NCBI RefSeq assembly: GCF_000711695.1 | Contig: NW_013547017.1 | Coordinates: 1-64,000, forward strand | Source of the DNA: Tilletiaria anomala UBC 951 | Lineage: Eukaryota | Direction: 5' to 3' | DNA length: 64,000 nt | Position numbers and translations under genes: made by a program | Shown here: positions 41,701 to 54,594 of the stretch, in pieces | Position numbering within the stretch: position 1 is the first letter of the stretch | Layout of the letters: every line of letters begins with the position of its first letter | The notes under the pieces: model-generated | What the model was told of the DNA's origin: nothing | The model's database searches: none | What the model saw: the letters and a program-made list of their open reading frames with translations, nothing else

Positions 41701-44321
41701 TGGATGGCCAAGATGTGCACTCAATTACGAGACCCCGCATAGCACCACCCGCGGAGACTACTATGCTCTTCTTCGATCACGTCATCCTCAACGAGCCCAC
41801 AGATGCAGACCTGGACGTCGCTACGGTGCTGGAGCAAGGGCGCAAGCTCGATTGTGAGCGCGCTAAATGGCGCAGAGAGTTTGCGAACGGGCTCGGTCGC
41901 CCGAAATGTCGTGAGCGCTCCAGGTCGGCGGCGGCGTCAACCTACCGCAACAGCGCCAGCATAGAAGCAATGTTGGCGTACGAGACGCTGCGGAAGTCTC
42001 ACTTCCGCGAGCATGGACACCAGTTCTCATTCGACGACAAGGAACTGGATCCTCGCAGCGGCGCTCTCGTAACCAATCGCTCGGATGGGCATCTGTTACT
42101 CCACGACCGGAGGCACGCTTCCAGCGCGCCTATTCGGGGAGCGAAGAGTCATGGAGACCTCAGGCAGGCGAACATGCGCTCGTCTACGCCAAGCCCAACT
42201 ATTACAAGCTGCGGGCCGTTCATGATGAGCAAGCCTCGTGCGCTGTCTCGGAGTCAGGATTGCAGCATGACGGCGAAAGATGGAAAGAGTTTTTGGTCAG
42301 CATCCAGCGGGTTCTTCAAAAAGGTACGTCATTAGAGAGAATGATGAAACGCATCTCGTTGTTCATGTTTCGATTCTTCTGGCAGAAACGCCCAGAGATG
42401 CGTCAAAGGTCGCAAACGATTCACACCGACGGGTGGCGTGGCAGTCAATTGTGGGAGAATACAGTCCGGGCAGCCGAGCCGAAACATATTGGTGCCAACC
42501 TGCGCACCAGCGGCGCGATCTCCCCTGTCGCAGGCGGACGGATCGTCATAGACGAGCCCGTTCTCATTGCCCCGCAGCACTTGTTGGCTCCTGTCGCGCG
42601 CAAGGATGCTAATTCAAGCCCTGGAGTGCGGGGTGCTGCGCTCTTCCAAATCTCTTCCCTCTACGCAGAGTCACATCCAGCACCTCCAGTGGCAGATCAA
42701 CGCGAAGAGCAGTCTGGTGTCGCTATTTCTACCCCATCGGTAGGTAGCGATGCCATCTTCCATGAGAAGCTCCCGGTTGCATCTTCTGTGCGGCAGCCTA
42801 CGCGCGCCGGCTATCACCGCCCCACTAATAAGCAAGAATTGAAGGTGATGCTGCGCAGGCATCACAGCCCTCCAACAAACCCCATGTTCCCATCACTTGA
42901 GCGCAGCGCTACCAGTGGCAGTACCCCGATCGCAGCTGTCCAACCCCCAGAACGAACGAGCAGTCTCCGGCGGAAGAGGAAGACTTCGATGTCCGACATG
43001 AGAACGGTAACACCAACGTCCACCGGCTCTCCAATCCTCACGCTCCAGAAGATCGCTCCCGACTTGCAGGCTACGCTAGAGAATTCCCCTACCATGAACA
43101 GCGTGGACTTACCCTCGTGGGATGGCAAAGGTTCACTACCTGTCCCCCTTCGCAGGAGCAGGAAACCTGGCAATGTCTCTTCAGATGACACCTCTAGCGT
43201 GACCTATCCTGCTCCGATACGCGTTTCACGGACCACTGAGCCCTTCGAGATATGTTCTCAAGAAGCTGCAGCACCCTTCCAGACACCGACTTTGGAGCGT
43301 GTCGGTACTATCAATTACTTCGGATGCGACAGCGATGATCATCAGCCACCTTCGAAGCCAGTAGCAGCCATGCAGGTGGATTCTAGCGTAAGGCAAGAGC
43401 CGCCCGTACCGATTCTTTCGCCGGTAAACGCTAAGTTTCCGGCTAACTCTCAGCAAACTGCACCGCTCATTGCGCTGGGCAAAACAGCCTTCCCTTTGAT
43501 GGTTCAGGTCGCCAACAATCATGAGCAGGCATATCGGCGATCTGTTTATAGTGCTCGCAGTGTAGACGACGCGTGGACAACCTCTTCCGCTTCGTCTTTC
43601 CAGGAAGGACCTTCAAGGCAGAATGAGGTTTGGAACCTCACTGCCGACGTCGGAGACGACGACTTTGAGGGACTGTTCTTCAAGGGTCAGAACACATGCG
43701 ATCGAAGCGGTGCTGAGCAGCTACCGGCTAGCAACACCTTCAATGCCAACTCACAAACATCTTCACGTCGGCGCTTGAGCGGCAGCAGTCGGCGTTCGTT
43801 GGCTGGTAAGGAACATGCAGTACCTTCTCCGCTCCCCATACTCAAAAACTCTGAGACCAAGCCTCACTTCCTTACGACCTCCTGTGCACGAAGGACGTCG
43901 GACACTGTAGATAAGTAAGTGCTCATATCTGAAGCGTATATGATTCAGATTCTAATGTGATCAATTTGCGCTATTCAGACTGTTCAAGCATCATATGGCA
44001 GGTGATGACAGTGGCCACAGCTCCGACGAAGGCACTTGGAGATTGTTACGAGTCGGTCAAGTAGCCCAGGTCAAGCCGGAGCAGCCTCACGCTGGTATCA
44101 GTGCTGTTGTATTCCCCATTGAAGACGCCGACGCTACGCCCGTCATCAAGCAAAAGGGGCCACATTCTACGGCCGAATCATTAAAGAAAAGATCAGCCAG
44201 ACTGGAGCCTCCTAGTGAAAATACTTTCCGTACTAGCATCGCCACTACAGATTCAGGGGAAGGGATGTCGGGCCTTCTTCGAGGTTCTTGGCCGAACCCG
44301 CCGGATGTCAAGGTCCCTTAG
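38766..44321 (+). CDS. Very large Ser/Ala/Gly/Pro-rich protein of unknown function (~1800 aa); exons 38766-42323, 42386-~43915, 43979-44321
   Basis: 1189-, 552- and 108-aa ORFs joined in frame by short canonical introns (gtacgt...ggcag; gtaagt...ctaat...ttcag); no domain recognised. Confidence 0.75.
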
Positions 44322-44639
44322 CCTCAAAGTGAAGATCGCTTGGGCGCCTCGACTACCAATAACGGGTCCATGATCATATACCATAGCTTACAATTCCGCT
44401 AATCAGCATTCCTTTCTCGCTTCGCTGGTTCTATGCATCTTGTTTTCCATTGTGTGCAAGTGTAATCAATCTCGAGAGAAACCCCTGCATTCTCTTTGCA
44501 ATCAGACTTGAGCTCTAGAACATTAGTGTTCAATTTTTTCCATCCGAGGGAAGCGACGATTCAGACGCATACCCAAACGATAGTGTGGTGAATTCTTTGG
44601 GATTCACCGAAACGATGCGTGACTACACATGCTATTGAG

Positions 44640-47600
44640 CTATTGTTGTAGGACCGCAGCGACTGTGTTCAAGATAGTCTGGCTGTGAGATGAAAGCAAC
44701 CTTCCCGGCTGCTCAATCGCATCATCGAGGACAGCATCGAGAAGGCGGCGCAGCTGGTTGCAGAGAACTCCGATTCTAGCATCGGCTCTGACCCGGACGT
44801 AAGTGACCGAACCGTGTGCTGATGATTTTACCTCGAGGCCACCTTTGAAGTGATCAAATACCACTTGCCCAGCGCTGAGAAGCAGCAAGCCCAACAAAGG
44901 AGCTTCATTTGCCTCCCTTGCAAAGACTTTGTTCTGACCGCCACTTGCACTTTTCTGGAAGACGGACAAGTAGCTAGACTTGAACTCAGTTGCAGCAAAA
45001 AGCGTGGAGGCAGGGTGCAAGAATATCCGGCCAAGGTCGCCGCTTGCATCGAAAAACTTGACGGCTTTCGCCTCGTGATCTCGCTGGATGGTGCCTGCAA
45101 TTCCTTGGTCAAATTTGGCATTTGGCATTGCGATGCGTACGACCGACGGCCAAAGACCTGCTGCGATCACAGATTTGATGAGCTCTTGGTTGTCGGCATG
45201 AATGTCCCATTCGGTTGCTGGGCCTCTGATGTCGGTGATTGCTGCAACCACGTCGCGTGGAATGAAGCCAATTTCGTGTAGGTGCTGGGCCAGGTCGGAG
45301 CGGTTGCTGAGGACCTCGCGCAGCGCAGATTGGGAGATGTAATTCTAGAGGTGTCTTTGTCAGCTGCGCGTCTATGAAAATAAAATCCGCAACGCTTACC
45401 TCTTCGCAGAATGAGCGGACGGCCGATGCAGGCGCTCCTTCTCCACGCAGCTTACGCCATGCTTCAAAAGCGTTCGTGTTACACAGGAAGTCACTAGACG
45501 TTCCTCCTGAAAACTTGGCTCGTGCTCTGAACATAGCTGCTCGTCAGAAGACATGAAATGCTGGTGATCAACAGTTGATCCACTCACTTGCTCGCTTTCT
45601 CTCGCTCTTCAAATGGGGCAGTAAAAAGTGGCTTTCCGGACATCATGGCTGCAATGGTTAAGGCAGGCGACAGGCAGCCCAAAACCCCACCCAAGATCAA
45701 AATCTTTCCTAGGCGCAGGTCCAGCGGCAACCTCGACTAAACGGGAAGATCAGCGCTGTTTCGAGAACTGTGCTCACAGCCGCACTCACAAGATGGAGAC
45801 CGAGAGGCGTCAGCTTTCCACGGAACGCTTCAGAAGGTTGCATTGCCCCAGCTTCGATCAGGTTCTTGAGAGCCGCTTCCATCGCTGTGACCTCCGGCGG
45901 GTCCAGTGCCCGCAATAGGTAAGCTTTGACGTCTTCGTCTTCGCGCATAGCCTTCACTTGCAGGAATAGATTTTCTAGTGGGACTCTGCGGATCTCCGGA
46001 GTCTGCTGCAAGGCCATCTTGCGCTCTTCTGTAAAGCGAGAAAAGAGCTTGAAGCACTCTCCCTCTCTTGTTCGGCCCGCACGCCCCCTTCTTTGTTTAC
46101 AAGCTGCCCGACTTGCCCAGACTTCCAGCAGCCGAGACAGACCGGACTGCGCGTCGAAGCGCTGTTCTTTGACCTTGCCAGTGTCGATAACATAAGATAT
46201 CTCGGGAACTGGAGGGGGCACGTGTGTGAGCAACATCATCTCAATTCTACGACAGACTTGCGCTCACTGGTGATGGAGGTCTCTGCCACGTTGGTTGCAA
46301 CGACGATTTTCCTACGTGTTTTGTCTTGTGGTTCAAATACCTTACGCTGCTCTTGGGGAGAAAGGTTGGCGTGCAGCGGCAATACGTTGATCCGGCCACG
46401 TACGTGGCTCTTGATGGCATCCATGGCTTGCCTAAGAAAAGGACAGATATTTCTTAGTGTGTTGCAAACTACGAGACACGATACGATGAGGCAGACCCAT
46501 TACGCACCGAATCTCGCCGAAGCCGCTGCAGAAGACCAAAATCGCTCCGCCGACTCCCTTCTGGGACTTGCCCTGAGCCTCTTCCAGCTCAGCTCTATCC
46601 ACAACCATCCGCGCACATGCTCCAATGAGATCATAGTCTGTCCACTCCTGGCGCGAGATTTGCTCCACAGCTCTGATCTCGCCCTCCTGCAAGGCTGAAT
46701 CAAGGAGACTGGCGCGCATCCCATGCTTCTGCTCTTCAGTTACGTTCTCTGTTCTACCCCTCCGTCCGCCGTCCGGTCTGTAGCCGCTGAACTTAATGAC
46801 ATCCTCCAGGTAGAAGTCTTGAACAGGAAATGTACGTCCAGGGATGTTCAAGCAAGGCGCACCTCCAAAGTAGCAAGCGAACGAATCCTTGAGAGTTCAA
46901 AGATGCTGTCAGCTTGGAAAATGTTTACGCAAAACCCAACTCTTTTCTCACCTGTTGAATCGTTGCGCTCATCAGGATGATCTTGATTCTGGTGTTGCGC
47001 TTGAGTACTTCGCGCAGCTCAAGCAGCAAAAAGTCGCTGTCGACACTGCGTTCGTGCACTTCGTCCACCATAATATGGGTGATGTCCCTGAGGTCTCTGT
47101 CACCTCCGCTACTAAGCCGACGCAGGAGCACTCCAGTGGTGGTAAACAGCAAGCGGCATTCACGGCTTGCCTTTCTTTCACCGCGGATTGCGTAGCCTAC
47201 CACTCCCAGCACCGAGGATGACGAATCGAGCTTCTCGCCCCTCTCGGCCGCAACACGCGCGGCGACGCCCATGGCTGAGACACGCCTAGGCTGCGTGACG
47301 ATTATATTGCACTCGCTCCCTTTCCCTTCTTCGATGCATTGATCGAGGATGAACTGAGGGCACTGTGTCGTCTTTCCGCAACCTGTCTCGCCAGCGACAA
47401 TGACGACGCGATCCGTGCCGAGAACGTCCAGCAGACGATGCCGAAATGCCCAAGCTGGGAGACTTTCGCGAACTTCTCTAAATGGCTGGTACCCAACTGA
47501 CGAGCGCCACTGTTCTTGCTGCTTCAGTAGCAGCGTATCTACTTTGGGATTCTTGGCTATGGTACTGTGACGCATATGAGCTGGTCTTCCCTGTAGCGGT

Positions 47601-50291
47601 TTCTTCTTCTGCATGCGCAGTGTTTCGGTAGTACTTGCGATGCCGTCATCGACCGCCGGCACGGGCTTGCGCGGCAGCAGACCTGCCATGACCTCGTTCA
47701 GCGGTGGTGGTTGGTCAATCATAGATGCCGATATCTGTTCAAGCATCTCCACTAGCAGGAGGATCACATTGCCTTGCCCAGTCTGCATCGCCTCGAGTAG
47801 GTCGCCCCTCGCATTGGGACCCCGAAAGCCTTCATATAGCGCCTTCGTGAGCGCGAGGCGCAGAAATACTGGCAGAGTGCGGGAGATGATGAAAAACGTT
47901 GGCAGCGGGATATTGTCGTTATCGCCTTCTTTCCAGCTAGCAGGGTAGCGACTAGCCGGGTGGAACACTACGCGCATACGAATGTCGTCCATTGACTTGC
48001 CCGTAAGGATGGAAATATCGAATGGACGATATAGATCCATTCCGATTACATCGTCACCAGCCACTGGAGTAGGCCATTCGCTTTCCTTTACGGCCACGAC
48101 GCGCTCATCGCCAAGGATCGCTTGCACGGCGACTTTCTCGTCCAGCAAAAGTTGGCGCCGCTCCTCAGTGTCCTCCTTTGTCGAGCGCACCATGGCATAT
48201 GTAGCGTCCATGACGCCGTGTGCGCTCCAAGGACCATTGGATCCGACAGCGGATTGGTTGTCCCAACCCGCAAGCCTGCGAAGCAGCATGTCCAGCAGAA
48301 TCGCTTGTCGCCAAGCCTTAGGCCAACGCGCCTGCAAGTCGGTGTCCTTTTCAGCATCCTGCATGCTCTTCGCGACGCTCTCCACTGCGTTTCGCGGTAG
48401 CCCGACCATTTTGACCAGGCGATCCAGCATCCAACGAAGGTTCAGGTCGCCCGCATTTGTTCCGCCACCGTCGCCAGAGGTAATGGACGTGACGAACTCC
48501 TCTCGTCTGGCCTGGCCATTCGCCTTTGCATTAAAGCCAGGTGGAAGGTCTTCCTCCGGTGTGTAGACCAGCAGATACTCAAGAGCCGCATCGATGTCCG
48601 ATTGAGTAGCTACGGCTGCTAGCAGCGCAGCTGGTGCATTCTCCAAGGCTGCGAACGATCCAGACGCCAGACGCAAGCGTGCATTGGCTACCCATCGCGC
48701 GGCACTGAGCGCGTAGCCTTTCCTAAAGCCGAGTTTCTGCAACTCAGAGAGAAGTCCGGCGTCGGGCTCAGCCTCTGTCGCTGCGGGATCAGGTTGGCCA
48801 TTCTTAGCCCTGACATCGGGGGTCGAGGTCCTTGACGCTACAGGCGAGGGAGTTCCTGCGGCCGCCACTGCCGCCAAGGGAAACATCTCAAACCCCTTTT
48901 TGACGGTAGATTCAATCAACTCTCTGAGTCTAGCAGGCAAGTATAGCTCTTTTGCGTCTGCCCAGATCTGGCTCATCTTCCCTTTTCCCGCATGGACACC
49001 ATTACCGCCGCCAGCACTGGCGGCAGCAAGAGAAGCAGCAGTTTCATGATCACCTCGCTCGATAGCTTGTCGCACAGCATTGTGTTGCGCGCGCGCCTTT
49101 TCGCGCTCTGAGCGTGCGGCATCGCGTTTCGCCTGTGCTTCGAAAGGGTCTTCTGACCATAGAAAGTCAATGTCTCTTGGTGATCGCTTGGCAGTGTTGT
49201 TGCTTGGATCCGAAGCGCCGAGCGCCGACGAGCCGGAGGCTTGGTTCGAAGATGGCTTGCCACTGCTGTACTTTGACGATCCGCTGCTGCTGTGCTTGTC
49301 TTTGAATGCGGATAGGTGCAGCCAGTACTCTCTCGGACCGGCTGGAAGAATACGGTGCATGGGCAGATTAGAATATAGCTGAGAAAAAAGTTGAGATTCC
49401 ATAAGCGCTTGGAACGTTAAGATACAAATTCTTATTGCTTCGGACTACACCAGAACTCACCCTGAATAAGGCATATGTCGCGACCCAATGCTTAGCATGC
49501 AGAGCAGTCTCGGCAAAGACCTTAAGCTCGGGGTGTAGTCGCTCGTCATTCGGTGTCATCCGCACGGTAAAAGGCTCGGACAAATTCTGCTTGTTTATTT
49601 TGCGAAGAATAACCGTGGCCGTATATGCTGACGCCACGGAGTCAGGGACAGCACTTGTAGAGCTCGAAAGGACGGTGAATGGCGAATTGATTGGCAACAC
49701 CTTACCAGCTTCAACTCCCAAAGTAGCGTTGAGTGTCGCTTCGTCCACCTGATCGGCGCCCTCTAATGAGGGGTCTTCCCCTTCCTCCTTTGCTTTGCCT
49801 CTCTTGGTACTTTCATTTCCCTTTGCCGTCTCTTTGTTTTTTTGTAACTTGGTGTTTGCCCCGACCCAGGTTGCGACGACATGAGGCGGCAGCTTTCGCA
49901 CCTCAATCGAGGGCTTCTCCCAGCCTTCCTTGTTGAGCTTTTGAATTTTCTCATAGAGAAGATTCAAAGGTGCCTTGGAACCGGGTGGGAACAGATGCAC
50001 TGGCGGATCGCGTTCACGTTCGCCATTGGGGAATTCTGCGGCTACGATGGTTGTGTTCGAAGAGGCAGTAGCACTGCCATTGGAATGAGCATCGCCGTTT
50101 CCGCTACCCCTCGATCCTTGGCTCCGCTCGGCTCCCGACTGGCCCGTCTTGGCACCTTGACGTCCCTCTTTGGTATACGACGGTGGCGGCTTGGCAACGT
50201 CCTTGTTCTTCACCCAGTCAGGCAACGGCGACGCTTTCGAGGAAGTTGCGCCAGACGACTTGATCGCCGGATTCTTCTTCCGGGGTGCCAT
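44640..50291 (-). CDS. DEAH-box RNA helicase, DHX57/DHX29/YLR419W-like, with N-terminal UBA-like and RWD-like regions; multi-exon
   Basis: GETGCGKTTQ, TQPRRVSAMGVA, DEVHER, MSAT, LPLHANL, ATNVAETSIT, QRRGRAGR, HA2 region TPLGLHLSRLPLDLRLGK, OB-fold IFLHPASTLF. Confidence 0.93.
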
Positions 50292-50803
50292 GCTGCAAGA
50301 CAAAGGTGAGCGGCACAAAGCGATAAAACGCTGATGGATGAAGCCAGCCGCTTGCCTTGGCGAGCGTGTAATTCCCTCGTTATCGGTTTTGAGCCCCTGC
50401 TGGAATGCAGGTCCACCTTGTTGCTTCTTTCAAGTGCAATGGGAGAGCGACGATTGTGGTCAGCGGATAGCTCCAAAGCTTGACATCTTTGTACCGAGTC
50501 CCGAGTTCCATGTTCCGCAGCGGGCGTTGCGGGGCGTGGGGGGAGCTGGGGATCAGCACGGCTATAACAGGCAATCTCGTCGCTGGATGCTGCACAATGG
50601 ATAAGTGCCGCCCAGGCTCGACACCTTGGATGGAAGTCTTGGACTCGACTCCTGGCTTACATGGTCCACACTTTATCCCCTCCCTTCTCTGCCACCACCT
50701 TGTCCTGCTCTCCTGTGCAGAGCGGTCGGTTACGAGAAGCAGACTTAACAGCCAAGCAGATAAAGCTTAGAAAAGCGCAGAGTGCGCCTCATCGGGATCC
50801 ACC

Positions 50804-52745
50804 ATGCTGCAACGAACGCTTCTCCGGTCAGCTACCTCCTCCTCTGCTGCATCTTCCATTGCTTGCTCATCGAAGGCACCGGTCCTTCGGCGACAAGCGC
50901 TTGGAATGAAGGCCGCCCATATTATTTCAGCTCGTTCTCTAGCGACATCATCGCGCGTCATGAGTAACGCTACATCCTCGTCCTCGACTAATGCGACCTC
51001 GCTCGTGCCACCCCCATCCCCACTGCCGCTACAGGCTCCAAATGCACAGCAGGAGCAACATGCATTCGACAAAGCCTGTCAGGATGTGCAGGCTTGGTTC
51101 GACAGTCCTCGCTTCAAGGGAATCAAGGTGCGTGTGAGCGGAAGCATATCCTGTCTGACAAAGATCCTAACTCTTTAACTCTTCCCTTGCGCCTTCTGTC
51201 GAACAGCGGCCATATGGCCCAGCCGACGTCGTGTCGAAACGAGGAACCATGCCTGTACAACCACCACAATCCTCGCTCCTCGCAGACAAGCTCTTTTCTA
51301 TCCTATCCAAGCACGCCGCTGAAGGTACACCTTGTCACACTATGGGCGCCATCGATCCTGTGCAACAATCACAAATGGCATACCATCAAGAAGTCGTCTA
51401 CGTTTCTGGATGGGCGTGCTCGTCGGTGTTGACGACCTGCAACAACGAGGTTGGCCCCGACCTGGCCGACTACCCTTACACCACTGTACCTAATCAGGTG
51501 CAGCGACTATTCAAGGCACAGCTTCACCATGACCGGAAGCACTGGGATGAGCGATGCAGCCTCAGCAAGCAGGAGCGTGAAACGACCCCCTGGGTCGACT
51601 ACCTCAAACCGATCATTGCAGATGCCGATACGGGTCATGGTGGACTCAGCACCGTGCTTCGTCTGGCCAAGCTCTTCGCCGAACACGGTGCGGCTGCGAT
51701 CCATCTCGAGGACCAGTTGCACGGCGGTAAGAAGTGCGGTCATCAGGCTGGCAAAGTTCTCGTTCCCATCTCAGAGCATGTCAACCGCCTGACTGCCACG
51801 CGTCTCGCTTGGGATGTGCTAGGTGTTTCCAACCTCGTCATCGCGCGCACAGACTCGGAGAGTGCCAAGCTCATCTCTTCGAACATCGACTACAGGGACC
51901 ACGCGTTCATCAAGGGCGCCTACAATCTGCCCGCAGGGACTTTGAGTCTCGCAGAGGCGCTGGCGCACGCAGAGGCAAGCGGGAAAACCGGCGCGGAGGT
52001 CGATGCGGTCGAAAAAGCGTGGATGGACCAGTGCGAGCTCGTCACGTTTGACGAGGCGGTGGCCCTTCACAATGTCGGCAACGAGTCGGGTATTCAGGAA
52101 TACAAGCAGCGGATCGCATCCTCCGATGTTGCCGTGTCCAATCTTAACGCACGCACCGTCGCAGCGGAGGTCTTTGGAGGCGAGAAGGGTGTACCGAACT
52201 GGTGCTGGAACCTACCGCGTACCAAGGAGGGATACTACCACTTCAAGGGTGGCGTCGAGGCCGCCATCACTCGCGTCAAGGTCTTTGCGCCATACAGCGA
52301 CATGCTCTGGCTGGAGACCAAGATACCAGACCTTAAGCAAGCGCAAGGCTTTGCAGCTGACATCCACAAGGACTTCCCCGGCAAGTGGCTCGTGTACAAC
52401 CTCTCGCCCTCGTTCAATTGGTCCGCACACGGCTTCTCCGACGCAGACCTCAAAAATTTTGTCTGGGATCTTGCCAAGAGCGGCTTTGTCCTGCAGCTCA
52501 TCTCGCTTGCTGGGCTGCACTCTGGCGCGACGATCACTGCCGAGCTCAGCAAGGCGTTCAAGACGGACGGCATGCTAGCGTATGTCAACCTGATCCAGAG
52601 GAAGGAAAAGGAGGTTGGCACGGATGTGCTCAAGCATCAGGCTTGGAGCGGCGCCGCGTACACTGACCGCATGCTCCAGACAATCAGCAGCGGTACCTCG
52701 GGGACCAGTGCTATGGGCAGTGACAGCACCGAACACTCATTCTGA
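50804..52745 (+). CDS. ICL2: Mitochondrial 2-methylisocitrate lyase (isocitrate lyase family); one intron ~51128-51206
   Basis: Presequence [14 protein letters not shown]...; [49 protein letters not shown] (methylisocitrate-type rather than WQFITLAG). Confidence 0.9.
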
Positions 52746-52809
52746 GCACTCCGGGCGGAAACTGTATTATAGTCGTTTGCGACAGTCCAAAGCGTCCATC
52801 GCGTAATAT

Positions 52810-53980
52810 CCAGCTTGTCACGCCCTCTGCCTTCACAGCCGCTCGTCTCCCCAAGTCGCCCAATGCGGCTCCAGAAGCATTGCCGGCCGTCACCATCCTC
52901 CTCGAAAGCACCTTTGGCGGTCATGGGGCCTTGTATGACGGTGCTCCCGACGATCGCATCGGCGGTGACGGCTCCGCAATCCTTTACAGTTGTATCTGAG
53001 TATCAGGCGGCTTGCATGGCCGAGTCTGATGCAGACTCGTGTTTGAGGAAGCGCGTAGCATGTTCACTGGTCGTTGAGACCAGTCAAGAGGCGGGTGAGC
53101 TGATGGATGTACCGAGTGGAGCCTCGGCTTCCTTTGTTGTTTGCCCTGTACTCTGGTCTGTCGCTGCTCCCCGTTTCCCTGGAGCCTCTACCTTCTGGCT
53201 TGAGACCCAAGGTGCCACGCACTTCGACCGCTTTTCCTCCCAGATACTCGCATGCGGTTTCTGTCCAACCTGATAACGACTGGCTAGCGGTGGGAGTCCT
53301 CTAGCGTGCCGAGCCAGTCATCTCGCGTGCCACCTTTGCTGTGCTGGTGGCCCCATCGCTGGCGAGACCACTCTCCTGCATCTCGGCTTTCAATAGCCCG
53401 AACGGCACACTTGGGACGTGCGCACTTGTGCACGAGACGAATTCGCTGCTGAGCTGCTTTCTCGCATGAACGCGGACATCTCTTTTGCGGATGCCAAAAG
53501 GTCTTTTTACAAGAGCCCAGCACTCATCAGGTGACCTTCGAAGTCGGTCGCGCAGTTTCTATACTGAAGAGCCTTGTAATGTAATGCCAGAAGAAAGTGC
53601 AATACAAATCCATGCTTTGCTTTGCTAGTAGTGGCACTGCTAGCATTTGCGTTGGACGAAACTTCGATCTTCGCTCGCACTACATCATCCTCTGCGTATG
53701 TCGGACTCGGCAGGTCTATATGACACGAATGCCTTTTCTCCTCTTGTGCATGTGTGGCAATGACGGACGAGCGGTACAAGGAAGATGTGCCTTATAACCG
53801 ACCGGAATGGCCAAGATTGGTTGCCATTCAGCAGGCAACCCTCCTCGCTATTGCTCAGCTCTGGTGCCGCAAAATGGAATAGAGAGCTGTAAGACACTTT
53901 GGACCAAGGGGACATGGTTTGTGCCAATGAGCTGAAACGCTTCAACTTTTGGAATTGCGATCGACGCCATCTTGCCTTGC
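52810..53980 (-). pseudogene. Possible decayed protein-coding gene
   Basis: Protein-like frame QKPHASIWEEKRSKC...TSISSPAS*LVSTTSEH...MQAA*YSDTTVKD... interrupted by in-frame TGAs at 53086-53084 and 53005-53003, with further broken frames upstream; no homology recognised. Confidence 0.25.
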
Positions 53981-54594
53981 TTTCGCGGATTGCTGAAGGT
54001 GACTTCCAAAGTAAATCTTCTGTTTGTCAATGCGAGGGTGACGATGCATTGTCAGGATAGAGAAGTGAGAATGCACACGTGGGAGACATACATCGAGATG
54101 AAAGGTAGATTAATGGCTTGATTGGGGGGTGCGCCACAGTTTGCCGCAGCTCCTTGTGCGATACGTCATTGTGCATATCACCCTGCGCCACGAAGAACTG
54201 CTCATCCCTTTTGGCATAGACACGAACGACCCTCAATAAATTGAGCTGGTTCGCTTCTTTGGCATTACGAAGTGGCATGGCCACCCATCCGCATGCTCGC
54301 TCCCTTCTCAAGCTCTAGTAGGACTTCAGATTACTTTTTTCTATTCTACACCAGCGGCGACTATGTCGAACGCAACTCGAGCGTATCGTCAAGTCGACGT
54401 GGGACTTCGCCCCACCCTCCTTGCACAAAAGTGCATGACGAGAATGTGCACCCTGGAACGCACATCACATGTGTCGCACACCGGCGGCCGGAGAACGAAG
54501 ACGCGTCATACTAGCGTATCAAAGCGGACGGGCGGGCGATTTTTAGTCGCGCTCTAAACAAAAAGACATGCCCCTTTGAGGGCTACTTTGTGAC

